From a virus (Duplodnaviria > Caudoviricetes), in IMG/VR virus record IMGVR_UViG_3300025353_000011, positions 1-36,170 of that record: a stretch of 36,170 bases of DNA; one strand, written 5' to 3'. Both the position numbers and the translations under genes were made by a program. The notes beneath the pieces are model-generated. The model saw only the letters and a list, made by a program, of their open reading frames with translations, was not told the DNA's origin and did no database searches. Positions 28,610 through 35,989 of this stretch are shown here, piece by piece. The stretch's first letter is position 1. Every line of letters begins with the position of its first letter.

Positions 28610-28840
28610 ATGGAGAAATTTTACACATTTATGGAGAGAATAAATAAGTTAGGGTTTGAGTTAAAACTAGCCTCTAATTTCCCATGGATGTACATCATTG
28701 AAATTAACGGAAAGAAAGTAACTGAGAAGTTCAATAGTGATCACGGGTTTGTATTAGGGTTCCAACCTATAACACCTGACCGTGAGTTTAGCTTCTCGGA
28801 TATACACGAGATTTTTAAATTATTAAAAGAATACAGATGA
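28610..28840 (+). CDS. Hypothetical phage protein
   Basis: N.PW.Y...INGK.V.EKF..DHGF motif. Confidence 0.7.
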   Translation: MEKFYTFMERINKLGFELKLASNFPWMYIIEINGKKVTEKFNSDHGFVLGFQPITPDREFSFSDIHEIFKLLKEYR

Positions 28841-29178
28841 CACATTTACACTTCATAATCTTCTTTGCACTTGCAGCATTATTTAATTCAATAATGGACA
28901 CCTTAAAGGATCACTACTGGGTGAGTATATTCTCTAATCTTAATCAGTTCTTCTGGAACCCCTCAGTGTCCTGGAAGAAAAAGATACTAGGGTATGTAGC
29001 CATGGATGCATGGCATATCTGTAAATCAGCCATGCTAGGTTGTATATATTTTACAATCATCACCTACAAGCCGGTATTTGGATATTGGGACTTACTCCTT
29101 CTCCCCACTATCTGGGGGATAGTGTTTGAACTATTCTACAGTCACATATTAACAAATGATAAATTTAAAATTAAGTAA
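28837..29178 (+). CDS. Membrane protein
   Basis: Three hydrophobic segments; MD, WNP..SW, DAWH..K. Confidence 0.7.
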   Translation: MTHLHFIIFFALAALFNSIMDTLKDHYWVSIFSNLNQFFWNPSVSWKKKILGYVAMDAWHICKSAMLGCIYFTIITYKPVFGYWDLLLLPTIWGIVFELFYSHILTNDKFKIK

Positions 29179-29180
29179 AA

Positions 29181-29873
29181 ATGGAACATAACTTCAGTGA
29201 AGAATTCAAAGAACACCTATACCGTAATATCTACAAAACAAGTAAACCTGAGATAGAAAGGGCTCTTAGTAGCTTTAAAGGAAGTATAGAGGTAAATACC
29301 TTAGTAAAAGTTCAATACCCTATTGAAAAAGTAAATGAAAAATTTTATCATGAAGGGTGGTATTGCAGACCTTTCGAGAAGTTATACAATGATATTATTG
29401 AAGCATCCGGTATGGATGAAGAAACATCCACTAGATTTAAAGATGGTTCTTTAAAATATATTGGGTGGGATAACAAACCTACAGATAATGGCCTTAATAA
29501 ATATGAAGGGTGGATACAAGATAGTGGTTTACCTCTTGAAGATGATGAGTTACGAGGATTGACTCGTATCACTGAAGATCAGTACCTATCTATTGCTTAT
29601 AATTACAGCAGTAAGGATATTATATCTCTATCAGATAAGATAATACCTAATACATACAGTAACAATACTCGTTTTATAGATGAAGATGGGCTTATCTACA
29701 CAATAGTTAAAGTATCAGATGACGGTAATAATTATACCATTTCAAATAAGGATTACTATACAGAGCATTTTACTCTACAGGAGATAGACCAGTTACTCTC
29801 AACAGTATGGAGAAAAGTAGATACTTTGGATGAGCGTGTAAAGAACCTCAGAGAGAAACTATGGGCGAGATAG
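29181..29873 (+). CDS. Hypothetical protein
   Basis: ORF track, 230 aa. Confidence 0.7.
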   Translation: MEHNFSEEFKEHLYRNIYKTSKPEIERALSSFKGSIEVNTLVKVQYPIEKVNEKFYHEGWYCRPFEKLYNDIIEASGMDEETSTRFKDGSLKYIGWDNKPTDNGLNKYEGWIQDSGLPLEDDELRGLTRITEDQYLSIAYNYSSKDIISLSDKIIPNTYSNNTRFIDEDGLIYTIVKVSDDGNNYTISNKDYYTEHFTLQEIDQLLSTVWRKVDTLDERVKNLREKLWAR

Positions 29874-30025
29874 TATTAATCATCTGTACCTGGGAATTCT
29901 TTAAGTACCTGCTAAGAAGGTTAGAACGTAGTTTATAGGTACCTAGTTATACATAAATTAATACCTAGCTGTAATTTTTCCGGGAAATTTTTTAAGGGTA
30001 TAATCAAATAAAAAGGTAAAAAGGT

Positions 30026-30442
30026 ATGTACATAAATGACAATAAGTTTTTCGAAATAGAAAAGGCAGCCATACATAAACTCGAAGCTAATAAAGATAGA
30101 CCTCTGAGTGAAGCTGCTATAGAAGCACAAGCATGCTTAGATGTACTAAATGAACTGAAGAAGAATGCTGTATGGGTAGAAAGGGGAGATATAATTAGAA
30201 CTAATACGATGAGTGTTGATATAAAAACATTAAGAGAATTAGGATTCATAAAATATCAGTCTATGTGTGGTTTTAACCCTTTTGAGTTTTGTCATAAAGG
30301 TGATAATTATGAAATAACTATATATCCAGAGTATATTGAGTTTTGTCAGATTATACCAGAGGATGGTCCATACGTAATATGTGAAGTAAAAGGAGAAGAT
30401 CATTTAAAGGAGCTTTGTGCAGCTTTAAGAATAAAATCATAA
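30026..30442 (+). CDS. Hypothetical protein
   Basis: ORF track. Confidence 0.65.
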   Translation: MYINDNKFFEIEKAAIHKLEANKDRPLSEAAIEAQACLDVLNELKKNAVWVERGDIIRTNTMSVDIKTLRELGFIKYQSMCGFNPFEFCHKGDNYEITIYPEYIEFCQIIPEDGPYVICEVKGEDHLKELCAALRIKS

Positions 30443-30446
30443 AAGC

Positions 30447-30749
30447 ATGAATATCGTAGATAAAATAATAGACCTGGCTAATGATGGATTCGAAGATTTA
30501 CATGTACCAGTAGGCTCTATTGAGAAGTTAATAGAATTAACAGGAGCGCACTTTCCTCTGTTGGTAAATGGGCATAAGGTATGGATACATCTAGAAGGAT
30601 TACCTTGGGATAGTATATCAATGGAAAGGGATATATCTGATGGAAGTATGGTTGAATTAGATTTCAGTAAGGAAGATGAAGATGCATATCAAAGAGCTAT
30701 TAAAATACACCTGGATCATTTTGAATTTACAGAAAGGTTAAGATGCTAA
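30447..30749 (+). CDS. Hypothetical protein
   Basis: ORF track. Confidence 0.65.
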   Translation: MNIVDKIIDLANDGFEDLHVPVGSIEKLIELTGAHFPLLVNGHKVWIHLEGLPWDSISMERDISDGSMVELDFSKEDEDAYQRAIKIHLDHFEFTERLRC

Positions 30750-30753
30750 TAGG

Positions 30754-30932
30754 TTTGCGAGGTGAATACCGATATAGTTTTTTAAAAAAGGGGGGAGGGA
30801 GTATATAAATATATAAAGATGAGGGGACTGGGATTTCAGGGGTGTTTTGCGAGGTGAAATGTATACAATAGATATATGATATATAAGTATATAAAGGTAA
30901 GGGAGGGTGAAAATAGGGCGCGGTTTGCGAGG
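30754..30932. repeat. Three TTTGCGAGG direct repeats in a G-run/TATA-rich non-coding stretch
   Basis: Copies at 30754, 30846 and 30924. Confidence 0.8.
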
Positions 30933-30957
30933 CAACCTGCTCGATCATAAAACTAAA

Positions 30958-31060
30958 TTTTTTAGCATAGCTACAATAATTACTAACTTTTTTAGCATAC
31001 TAATATTTTTAGCAAACCAGGTTTTTTTGCTAAATTTTTTTGCTACAACGTTATAGCAAA
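30958..31060. repeat. Cluster of (T)nTAGCA direct and inverted repeats
   Basis: TTTTTAGCA near 30959, 30989, 31006; inverted TGCTA at 31028 and 31041. Confidence 0.7.
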
Positions 31061-31066
31061 TAATCC

Positions 31067-31097
31067 TTTGCCGTTTCAAAATAAACCCTTATCTTTG
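31067..31097 (+). promoter_or_regulatory. Consensus Bacteroidota sigmaA promoter (-33/-7)
   Basis: TTTG (31067-31070), 19-nt spacer, TATCTTTG (31090-31097). Confidence 0.85.
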
Positions 31098-31100
31098 TCC

Positions 31101-31207
31101 TGCCGTAAGGCACCCAAGCCAAGCACTCCCTAAAGAGGGGGCTGCCAAAATATTGTCCTTACTTGAATGTAAGGCAGTAGGCTATTAGTTTGTTCTTTGA
31201 TATATTG
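31101..31207 (+). promoter_or_regulatory. Structured leader with GNRA hairpin and boxA-like sequence
   Basis: TGCC-GTAA-GGCA, CCTTAC-TTGAAT-GTAAGG, TGTTCTTTGATATATTG (31191-31207). Confidence 0.55.
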
Positions 31208-31280
31208 GTTTATTGTTTCCTAACATCTATTTTATTAATCAAATAGGGTACACTGTTACCCTACATTAAAAATTTAAGTT

Positions 31281-31937
31281 ATGGAAAGTAAAAATGTTTT
31301 GAAGTTTGAAGTTTGCCGTATAGATAAGGACGGCAACTATTTAAAGGGTGAAGATAATAAGGATATTATTTTTGATACCTTTATGCAAGTGGTTGAAGTA
31401 AGTAAGCCACTTAGTAATATTGCCAAAATTGTAGATAGTGCAATAAAGAAACTGTTTATTGTGCCTATTGTAGAAAATGGCAAAGTGGCAATTGTGCCAA
31501 AAACATTAAGTGATAAAAGTGTTGTGATTGTAGTTAAGTTTAACGACTTAACTATTGACACTATTAAAAGTGATGTTTTTAGGGCTGCAAATAATACTGT
31601 AAAGGATACCGATAAAAAAGCCTTCGCAAGTATTAATTTTGGTATCTTAGTATCTAATATTGCAAGTGTAGTCGCTACTGCAAAGGGTGTGAGTATTGAA
31701 TTACTTAACGCTATTGTTGCAGCTAATACAATACACAAAGATGCAAAGAAAGTGTTAACCCTTAGTGAACATACTAAGATAGGGTTACTGAGTAGTAACC
31801 GTAAAAAGTTGAATAGTGTTAAGTCTGTTATTCGTAAAGAGATTAAAGAGAATAGCGGTATAGTAGAATTTAGAAAGGAGCTAAAAGAAGGTACTGCAAA
31901 GGGTGTAAAGTTTATTAGTGATAGTGCTAAATTTTAA
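31281..31937 (+). CDS. Lys/Val-rich hypothetical protein, probable immediate-early gene
   Basis: ORF track, 218 aa; own promoter and terminator; atypical codon usage. Confidence 0.75.
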   Translation: MESKNVLKFEVCRIDKDGNYLKGEDNKDIIFDTFMQVVEVSKPLSNIAKIVDSAIKKLFIVPIVENGKVAIVPKTLSDKSVVIVVKFNDLTIDTIKSDVFRAANNTVKDTDKKAFASINFGILVSNIASVVATAKGVSIELLNAIVAANTIHKDAKKVLTLSEHTKIGLLSSNRKKLNSVKSVIRKEIKENSGIVEFRKELKEGTAKGVKFISDSAKF

Positions 31938-31993
31938 CCCTTCAAAAAAAACAAATAAGGAAACAATAAGCTAATATACAAAGAACATAAATA

Positions 31994-32031
31994 AAGGTAT
32001 AAGGGAGTCGTTTCCTTTATACCTTCTTTTT
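31994..32031 (+). terminator. Intrinsic terminator
   Basis: 13-bp stem AAGGTATAAGGGA/TCCTTTATACCTT followed by CTTTTT. Confidence 0.75.
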
Positions 32032-32086
32032 GCATATACCTAATATATTAATATTGAATTATTTTTATGATAAGTATATGTGTATG

Positions 32087-32770
32087 TGTTCTTTACATAG
32101 TAATCTAAATTTGTGTATGTGTATTCATATATGCCACATTAAACCTCTTACTACTATTGAATTAGTATATAGAGGCGTGGGTGTATGTATATACAATGAT
32201 TGAAATTTCAGTAGATAAATTACTAGGGATAGGTATATACTTGAATGTATAACCTTACTACACCTTAGTATAAAAACCTATAAGGGGGTGTGTATATGTG
32301 TCTAAGGGTGTGATAGCTTTTAGTGGGGCAGAACACATTAAGCCTTTGTGTGTATTATCTAGGTTAAAATCAGTTTACATAAAGGTAAAGTTATATACTT
32401 CTTCGTAGGTGTATAGAGTTATTTATATAATAGATTAAGGGTGACCTCTACACATTAACCGTTCCCGTAAGGAGTTGTGTGTATGTATTTTATTCAGGTG
32501 TACTATTGGGATATGAACTTACTACAAGGCGTAGTAGGTAAACTGAATATTAAAGGAACCATAGTTATAAACGTCCCTTTATTAGTTGCCGGTAAGGGTG
32601 TATGTATATCAAATGGTAATCAATGTAGCAAAGTCCGTAAGGTTACTAGCTACAATAAATCAATCTTCAATGAAAGGTAACATAGGTACAATGACACACT
32701 ACAAACCTAACCTCAACAGGTCTATGGGTAGGTGTATTACCATTACAATAAGTTATACCTGAGAAGATAA
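32087..32770 (+). ncRNA. Candidate large structured non-coding RNA
   Basis: No credible ORF; many nested stems and GUAA tetraloops; boundaries approximate. Confidence 0.55.
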
Positions 32771-32773
32771 CAA

Positions 32774-32944
32774 AGAGGGTAGATGTTATTAGAGTAGAAT
32801 ATAAAACACAATGGGTATTTACAGTAACCCATTTAAACCCCACTAGAAGGGTAAATACTACTTAGGTAGTAAGTGTATAGACTAGTGTGTCTGTAAGTAA
32901 GTTACTTTAAGGGTTCTTAGAAGGTTCGATTCCTTCGCCCTCTC
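32774..32944 (+). ncRNA. tRNA-like element with canonical acceptor and T arms and an expanded middle
   Basis: AGAGGGT/GCCCTCT 7-bp stem directly adjoining GAAGG-TTCGATT-CCTTC. Confidence 0.65.
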
Positions 32945-32961
32945 TTTTGTGCATAGAACCT

Positions 32962-32986
32962 GGAGGCTAACACCTCCTTTGTCTTT
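32962..32986 (+). terminator. Possible terminator after the tRNA-like element
   Basis: GGAGG-CTAACA-CCTCC followed by TTTGTCTTT. Confidence 0.4.
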
Positions 32987-33065
32987 ATGTGTGTGTTCAC
33001 TAAATTGATTTTTATGGTTAGTTTATTAATCGGGGTTGCAATAGCAATTTCCTTAAAAAGTTTAT

Positions 33066-33200
33066 ATGAAAAAAGTAATAGTAGTTCTACTGTTAAGTAG
33101 CTTAGTAGGTTGTTATTCCTCAGGAAACATAAGAGGAAAGTGTCTTAGTAATAATCCTAACCTCTGGCATAGATATTATCCTCGTAGCTATTATCGTTAA
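33066..33200 (+). CDS. Small lipoprotein (44 aa)
   Basis: Manually read MKKVIVVLLLSSLVG-CYSSG...; lipobox with Cys16. Confidence 0.65.
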   Translation: MKKVIVVLLLSSLVGCYSSGNIRGKCLSNNPNLWHRYYPRSYYR

Positions 33201-33301
33201 ATTTGATGGCTAGGAGGCTCAAGGTTGAGTTCAAGGGTGTAGGGTAAGGACTTGTATTGTTTTATTTTTTAACCGCCTTAAATAGGCTTAATTAAATTGT
33301 T

Positions 33302-33595
33302 ATGAAAGGTATTACTGAAATTGCTATTAACCCTTTAGAGATAGGGTTTATGATGAGGGCTGCTAGGAGAATAAACTACAAGCCTCAAACTAAGTTCATA
33401 CCCTTAGCTGTAGCCAAAGAGGTACAGATTACTAAGGAGTATGTTATCAATGAGTACAGGGCTATGAAGAAACCTCGTCAAAGGATTCCTATCCATGTAT
33501 CTACAAGCAGTATGAATACCGGTGATTACCCTGTAATAAGTAATGCACGACTTGTGTATTCAAGTAAGCAGAAAAGATTAAATTCTCAAAGATGA
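33302..33595 (+). CDS. Basic hypothetical protein
   Basis: ORF track. Confidence 0.65.
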   Translation: MKGITEIAINPLEIGFMMRAARRINYKPQTKFIPLAVAKEVQITKEYVINEYRAMKKPRQRIPIHVSTSSMNTGDYPVISNARLVYSSKQKRLNSQR

Positions 33596-33783
33596 TCAGA
33601 GTAACAGAAGTAGAAGGTGTAGAAGTAAAGGTAGGTGTAATGGGTAAAATCTTAAAACCTACCTGGGCTTTATATCCTTATGATGCTGCCAGAGGATGGC
33701 AAGATTTAAACATGGCCAGGTCTATATATCACAAGAACAGAATGGTAAAGGTGATGCATATAGTGCCTAAAGGGAGGAGATAG
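33592..33783 (+). CDS. Hypothetical protein
   Basis: ORF track; ATGA overlap. Confidence 0.55.
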   Translation: MIRVTEVEGVEVKVGVMGKILKPTWALYPYDAARGWQDLNMARSIYHKNRMVKVMHIVPKGRR

Positions 33784-33807
33784 TAGTGACCGAAGTGGGG
33801 TCTTTTT

Positions 33808-35076
33808 CTAAGGGTTATTTTTAGATTCTATTAAGTCTTTAAATAAAGGGTAATACTTGTTTACAGTATTATTACTCATCTTACTTTCCTTGCAAAGTGC
33901 CCTAGAAGTGATCTTCCCTTGTAGCAATACATTCCATTCTGTTATAAAACTAAGTAGTTTATTATAGCTGTTTTTCTTTTTATTTTCACAGACTAAATCT
34001 CTAGCAATATCTTGCTTATCCTTACTACTTAATTCAGTACCCTTCTTAAAGATAATCTTCCTACTCTTAGCTAGTATAGGTTCTAGTCTATTCTCGGATA
34101 AGAGTTTGTGTATATGTGTAGCAATCTTAGTTATATTACTGTTAGAAGTAGGAGTAGGTAAACAATCATTTTTATACTGTAGTAATCTAATAGTATGGTT
34201 TAGGGATAACCAGGGATTAAGATAAACAAGATTAGTGCAATAACTCATAAAGGTTGCATACTTGCTTTTGATTTTATCAAATGCAGGAAAGAAACATTTT
34301 ATGTATATGAATCCCTCTTCAAAATTAAACACCCATTCCCCTTTATCTATTACATAGTTGTCAAGGTTATCATACCTTAATTTAGGATAAGATTTTGTAC
34401 GCAGTTGGTCACCGTAGTCTGTACGCAGTTTGCCACCGTAGTGGGCAGGATTTGTACGCAGTTGGTCACCGTAGTCTGTACGCAGTTCTTTGTATATGCT
34501 TTTTTCTATACCCTTAGGTATATGGGATGAAGTGAGTACAAAAGTATCTACATCATAGACTTTACAATCCTCATTAATAAAAATGTCTGGATCATAACTG
34601 AGTATGTTATATTGGCTATGTTTAACAGCACCTTTATCTAGGTACTTATCTATACCTAAATCTTTTGCTATGTGTAAATAACATTCTTTAAAATCACTTG
34701 CTTGTAAATTATTTACTCTGACTAATATAGAATACTTTATACCACTGAATGATTTATACAATAGTAATACCTTACTTCTATCTAAGGTAGAAGGGTCATA
34801 AGATACATCATCAATATCAAAGTATAATAATCCAGTAGACTTTATAATATTCTTATCTTCTTTATACCCATCGTATAAAAAGTTATATGTTATAACAGGA
34901 AATAAGGACTCTTTTATCTCTTTGTACTTAGACGGATTACTCAGAGCCTCAGCTCTAGTTTTTAATTTAAAACCTTCTTTAATTCTTGCTACCCACTCTC
35001 TAAGAGTAACATTACCTATTACTGTAGGTTTAGACATTTCCTCATAACCGTTAACTTCAATTTCTAATGGACTCAT
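33808..35076 (-). CDS. Second BT4734/VirE_N-like primase-polymerase domain protein with C-terminal HTH
   Basis: YKEIK..L.P, TGLLYFDIDD, KSFSG, LSYDPDIFIN; same layout as 21999-23333. Confidence 0.75.
   Translation of the reverse strand: MSPLEIEVNGYEEMSKPTVIGNVTLREWVARIKEGFKLKTRAEALSNPSKYKEIKESLFPVITYNFLYDGYKEDKNIIKSTGLLYFDIDDVSYDPSTLDRSKVLLLYKSFSGIKYSILVRVNNLQASDFKECYLHIAKDLGIDKYLDKGAVKHSQYNILSYDPDIFINEDCKVYDVDTFVLTSSHIPKGIEKSIYKELRTDYGDQLRTNPAHYGGKLRTDYGDQLRTKSYPKLRYDNLDNYVIDKGEWVFNFEEGFIYIKCFFPAFDKIKSKYATFMSYCTNLVYLNPWLSLNHTIRLLQYKNDCLPTPTSNSNITKIATHIHKLLSENRLEPILAKSRKIIFKKGTELSSKDKQDIARDLVCENKKKNSYNKLLSFITEWNVLLQGKITSRALCKESKMSNNTVNKYYPLFKDLIESKNNP
34394..34487. repeat. Intragenic direct repeats (37 bp x2; TGTACGCAGTT x4)
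   Basis: Cores at 34396, 34420, 34453, 34477; encodes LRTDYGDQLRT twice. Confidence 0.95.
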
Positions 35077-35092
35077 AATGGTGTAAAATATT

Positions 35093-35270
35093 AATGCAGC
35101 TTGTTCGACTGTCCAGAGTCTACTTAAGCTGCATTTTAAAGTATGTCTTTTTAAGTTTTTAGCTCTCTAACTGGACTTAGATTGCTATTTTGGAAGGTGT
35201 AAGTCTGAGTAATTAGCACTTATTCAGCAGCCTTCCTCTTATAAATATAAGATATTCAATTACAAAGATA
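35093..35270 (-). promoter_or_regulatory. Dual promoter motifs and kissing-hairpin leader of the second VirE_N-like gene
   Basis: TATCTTTG (35263-35270), ATATTTATA (35240-35248), hairpin loops GTCCAG (35171-35176) and CTGGAC (35111-35116) on minus. Confidence 0.7.
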
Positions 35271-35289
35271 CTAAATAAATTAGTAAACA

Positions 35290-35463
35290 ATGAAAAAAAG
35301 AATAAAATTAAAGGTAAATACCCTAAAAAGTAATCTACTTTTATCTCTTTTTGGTATAAAACCTAAGAGAAATACATTACAATTTAATAGAATTCAGGTA
35401 GAAGAAAGAGAAATTACACCTGAATTATTTAATAATTGGTCTATTAATACATTTAAACGATGA
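35290..35463 (+). CDS. Small basic hypothetical protein (57 aa)
   Basis: Manually read MKKRIKLKVNTLK...; ATGA overlap with the next ORF. Confidence 0.5.
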   Translation: MKKRIKLKVNTLKSNLLLSLFGIKPKRNTLQFNRIQVEEREITPELFNNWSINTFKR

Positions 35464-35654
35464 AAAAGAACCTTGTTATCACTGAGAATATTACTGTAAT
35501 TCCCCCTAATGATAAGCTGTATACGTATGAGGATATGTGTAATGCCTATTATCTAGGTCATAGACACGACTTATCCGGTGGGATAGATAAAGGAGATGAG
35601 TTTTATGATAGTTACCCAATACCTCAAAATGGTACCTCAGAGCCTCAAGGTTAG
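35460..35654 (+). CDS. Hypothetical protein
   Basis: ORF track; LYT.EDM..AY..G motif. Confidence 0.6.
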   Translation: MKKNLVITENITVIPPNDKLYTYEDMCNAYYLGHRHDLSGGIDKGDEFYDSYPIPQNGTSEPQG

Positions 35655-35720
35655 ATTATAGGTAGGTGAGTAAGGTAGTTGTAAGGTTTGATTATTTTAA
35701 AGGCTTAAAAACGATTGCAA

Positions 35721-35834
35721 ATGCGTATGCTATTATTAGTTTTTGTAGTAGGAGGTATAATACTTCCTGGTCTACTGAGTATTATCTGTGTTGGTAATGC
35801 TATTAGTTTACTTTTAATGATTAAAAAATGGTAA
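35721..35834 (+). CDS. Small hydrophobic protein (37 aa)
   Basis: Manually read MRMLLLVFVVGGIILPGLLSII...KKW. Confidence 0.45.
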   Translation: MRMLLLVFVVGGIILPGLLSIICVGNAISLLLMIKKW

Positions 35835-35989
35835 AGAATTTCATAGGTGCAGCAATGATCCTAATAGGGATAGTGGCTATGTGTAAAGGGTGGTTAAGTG
35901 GTGTGTTAGTAGGAGGATGTGGGTTGTTATTAATATACCTAGAAGATGATGATACTAAAGGAGGACCAGGAGAGGTGGCTTGGTTTTAG
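35828..35989 (+). CDS. Small two-TM membrane protein (53 aa)
   Basis: Manually read MVKNFIGAAMILIGIVAM...AWF; overlaps the previous stop. Confidence 0.5.
   Translation: MVKNFIGAAMILIGIVAMCKGWLSGVLVGGCGLLLIYLEDDDTKGGPGEVAWF

Noticed and set aside
23697-31738. Short minus-strand ORFs (23697, 24156, 27044, 27298, 29348, 29933, 30004, 30727, 30738, 31337)
   Set aside because: Antisense to better genes, or low-complexity translations of the repeat gap
32477-32680. 67-aa ORF inside the structured region
   Set aside because: Non-ATG start, no A-rich initiation context, and it overlaps several RNA stems; cannot be fully excluded
32774-32944. Canonical tRNA or tmRNA
   Set aside because: No recognisable D or anticodon arm; lacks the alanine G3-U70 identity, GGGG start, CCA and tag frame of tmRNA
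32087-32944. Group I/II intron or RNase P RNA
   Set aside because: No interrupted gene, and I found no domain V, P7 core or GAGGAAAGUCC/ACAGAA signature
34394-34487. CRISPR mini-array
   Set aside because: Repeats are 11 bp, spacers are short and duplicated, the unit is in frame within a gene, and no cas genes are present
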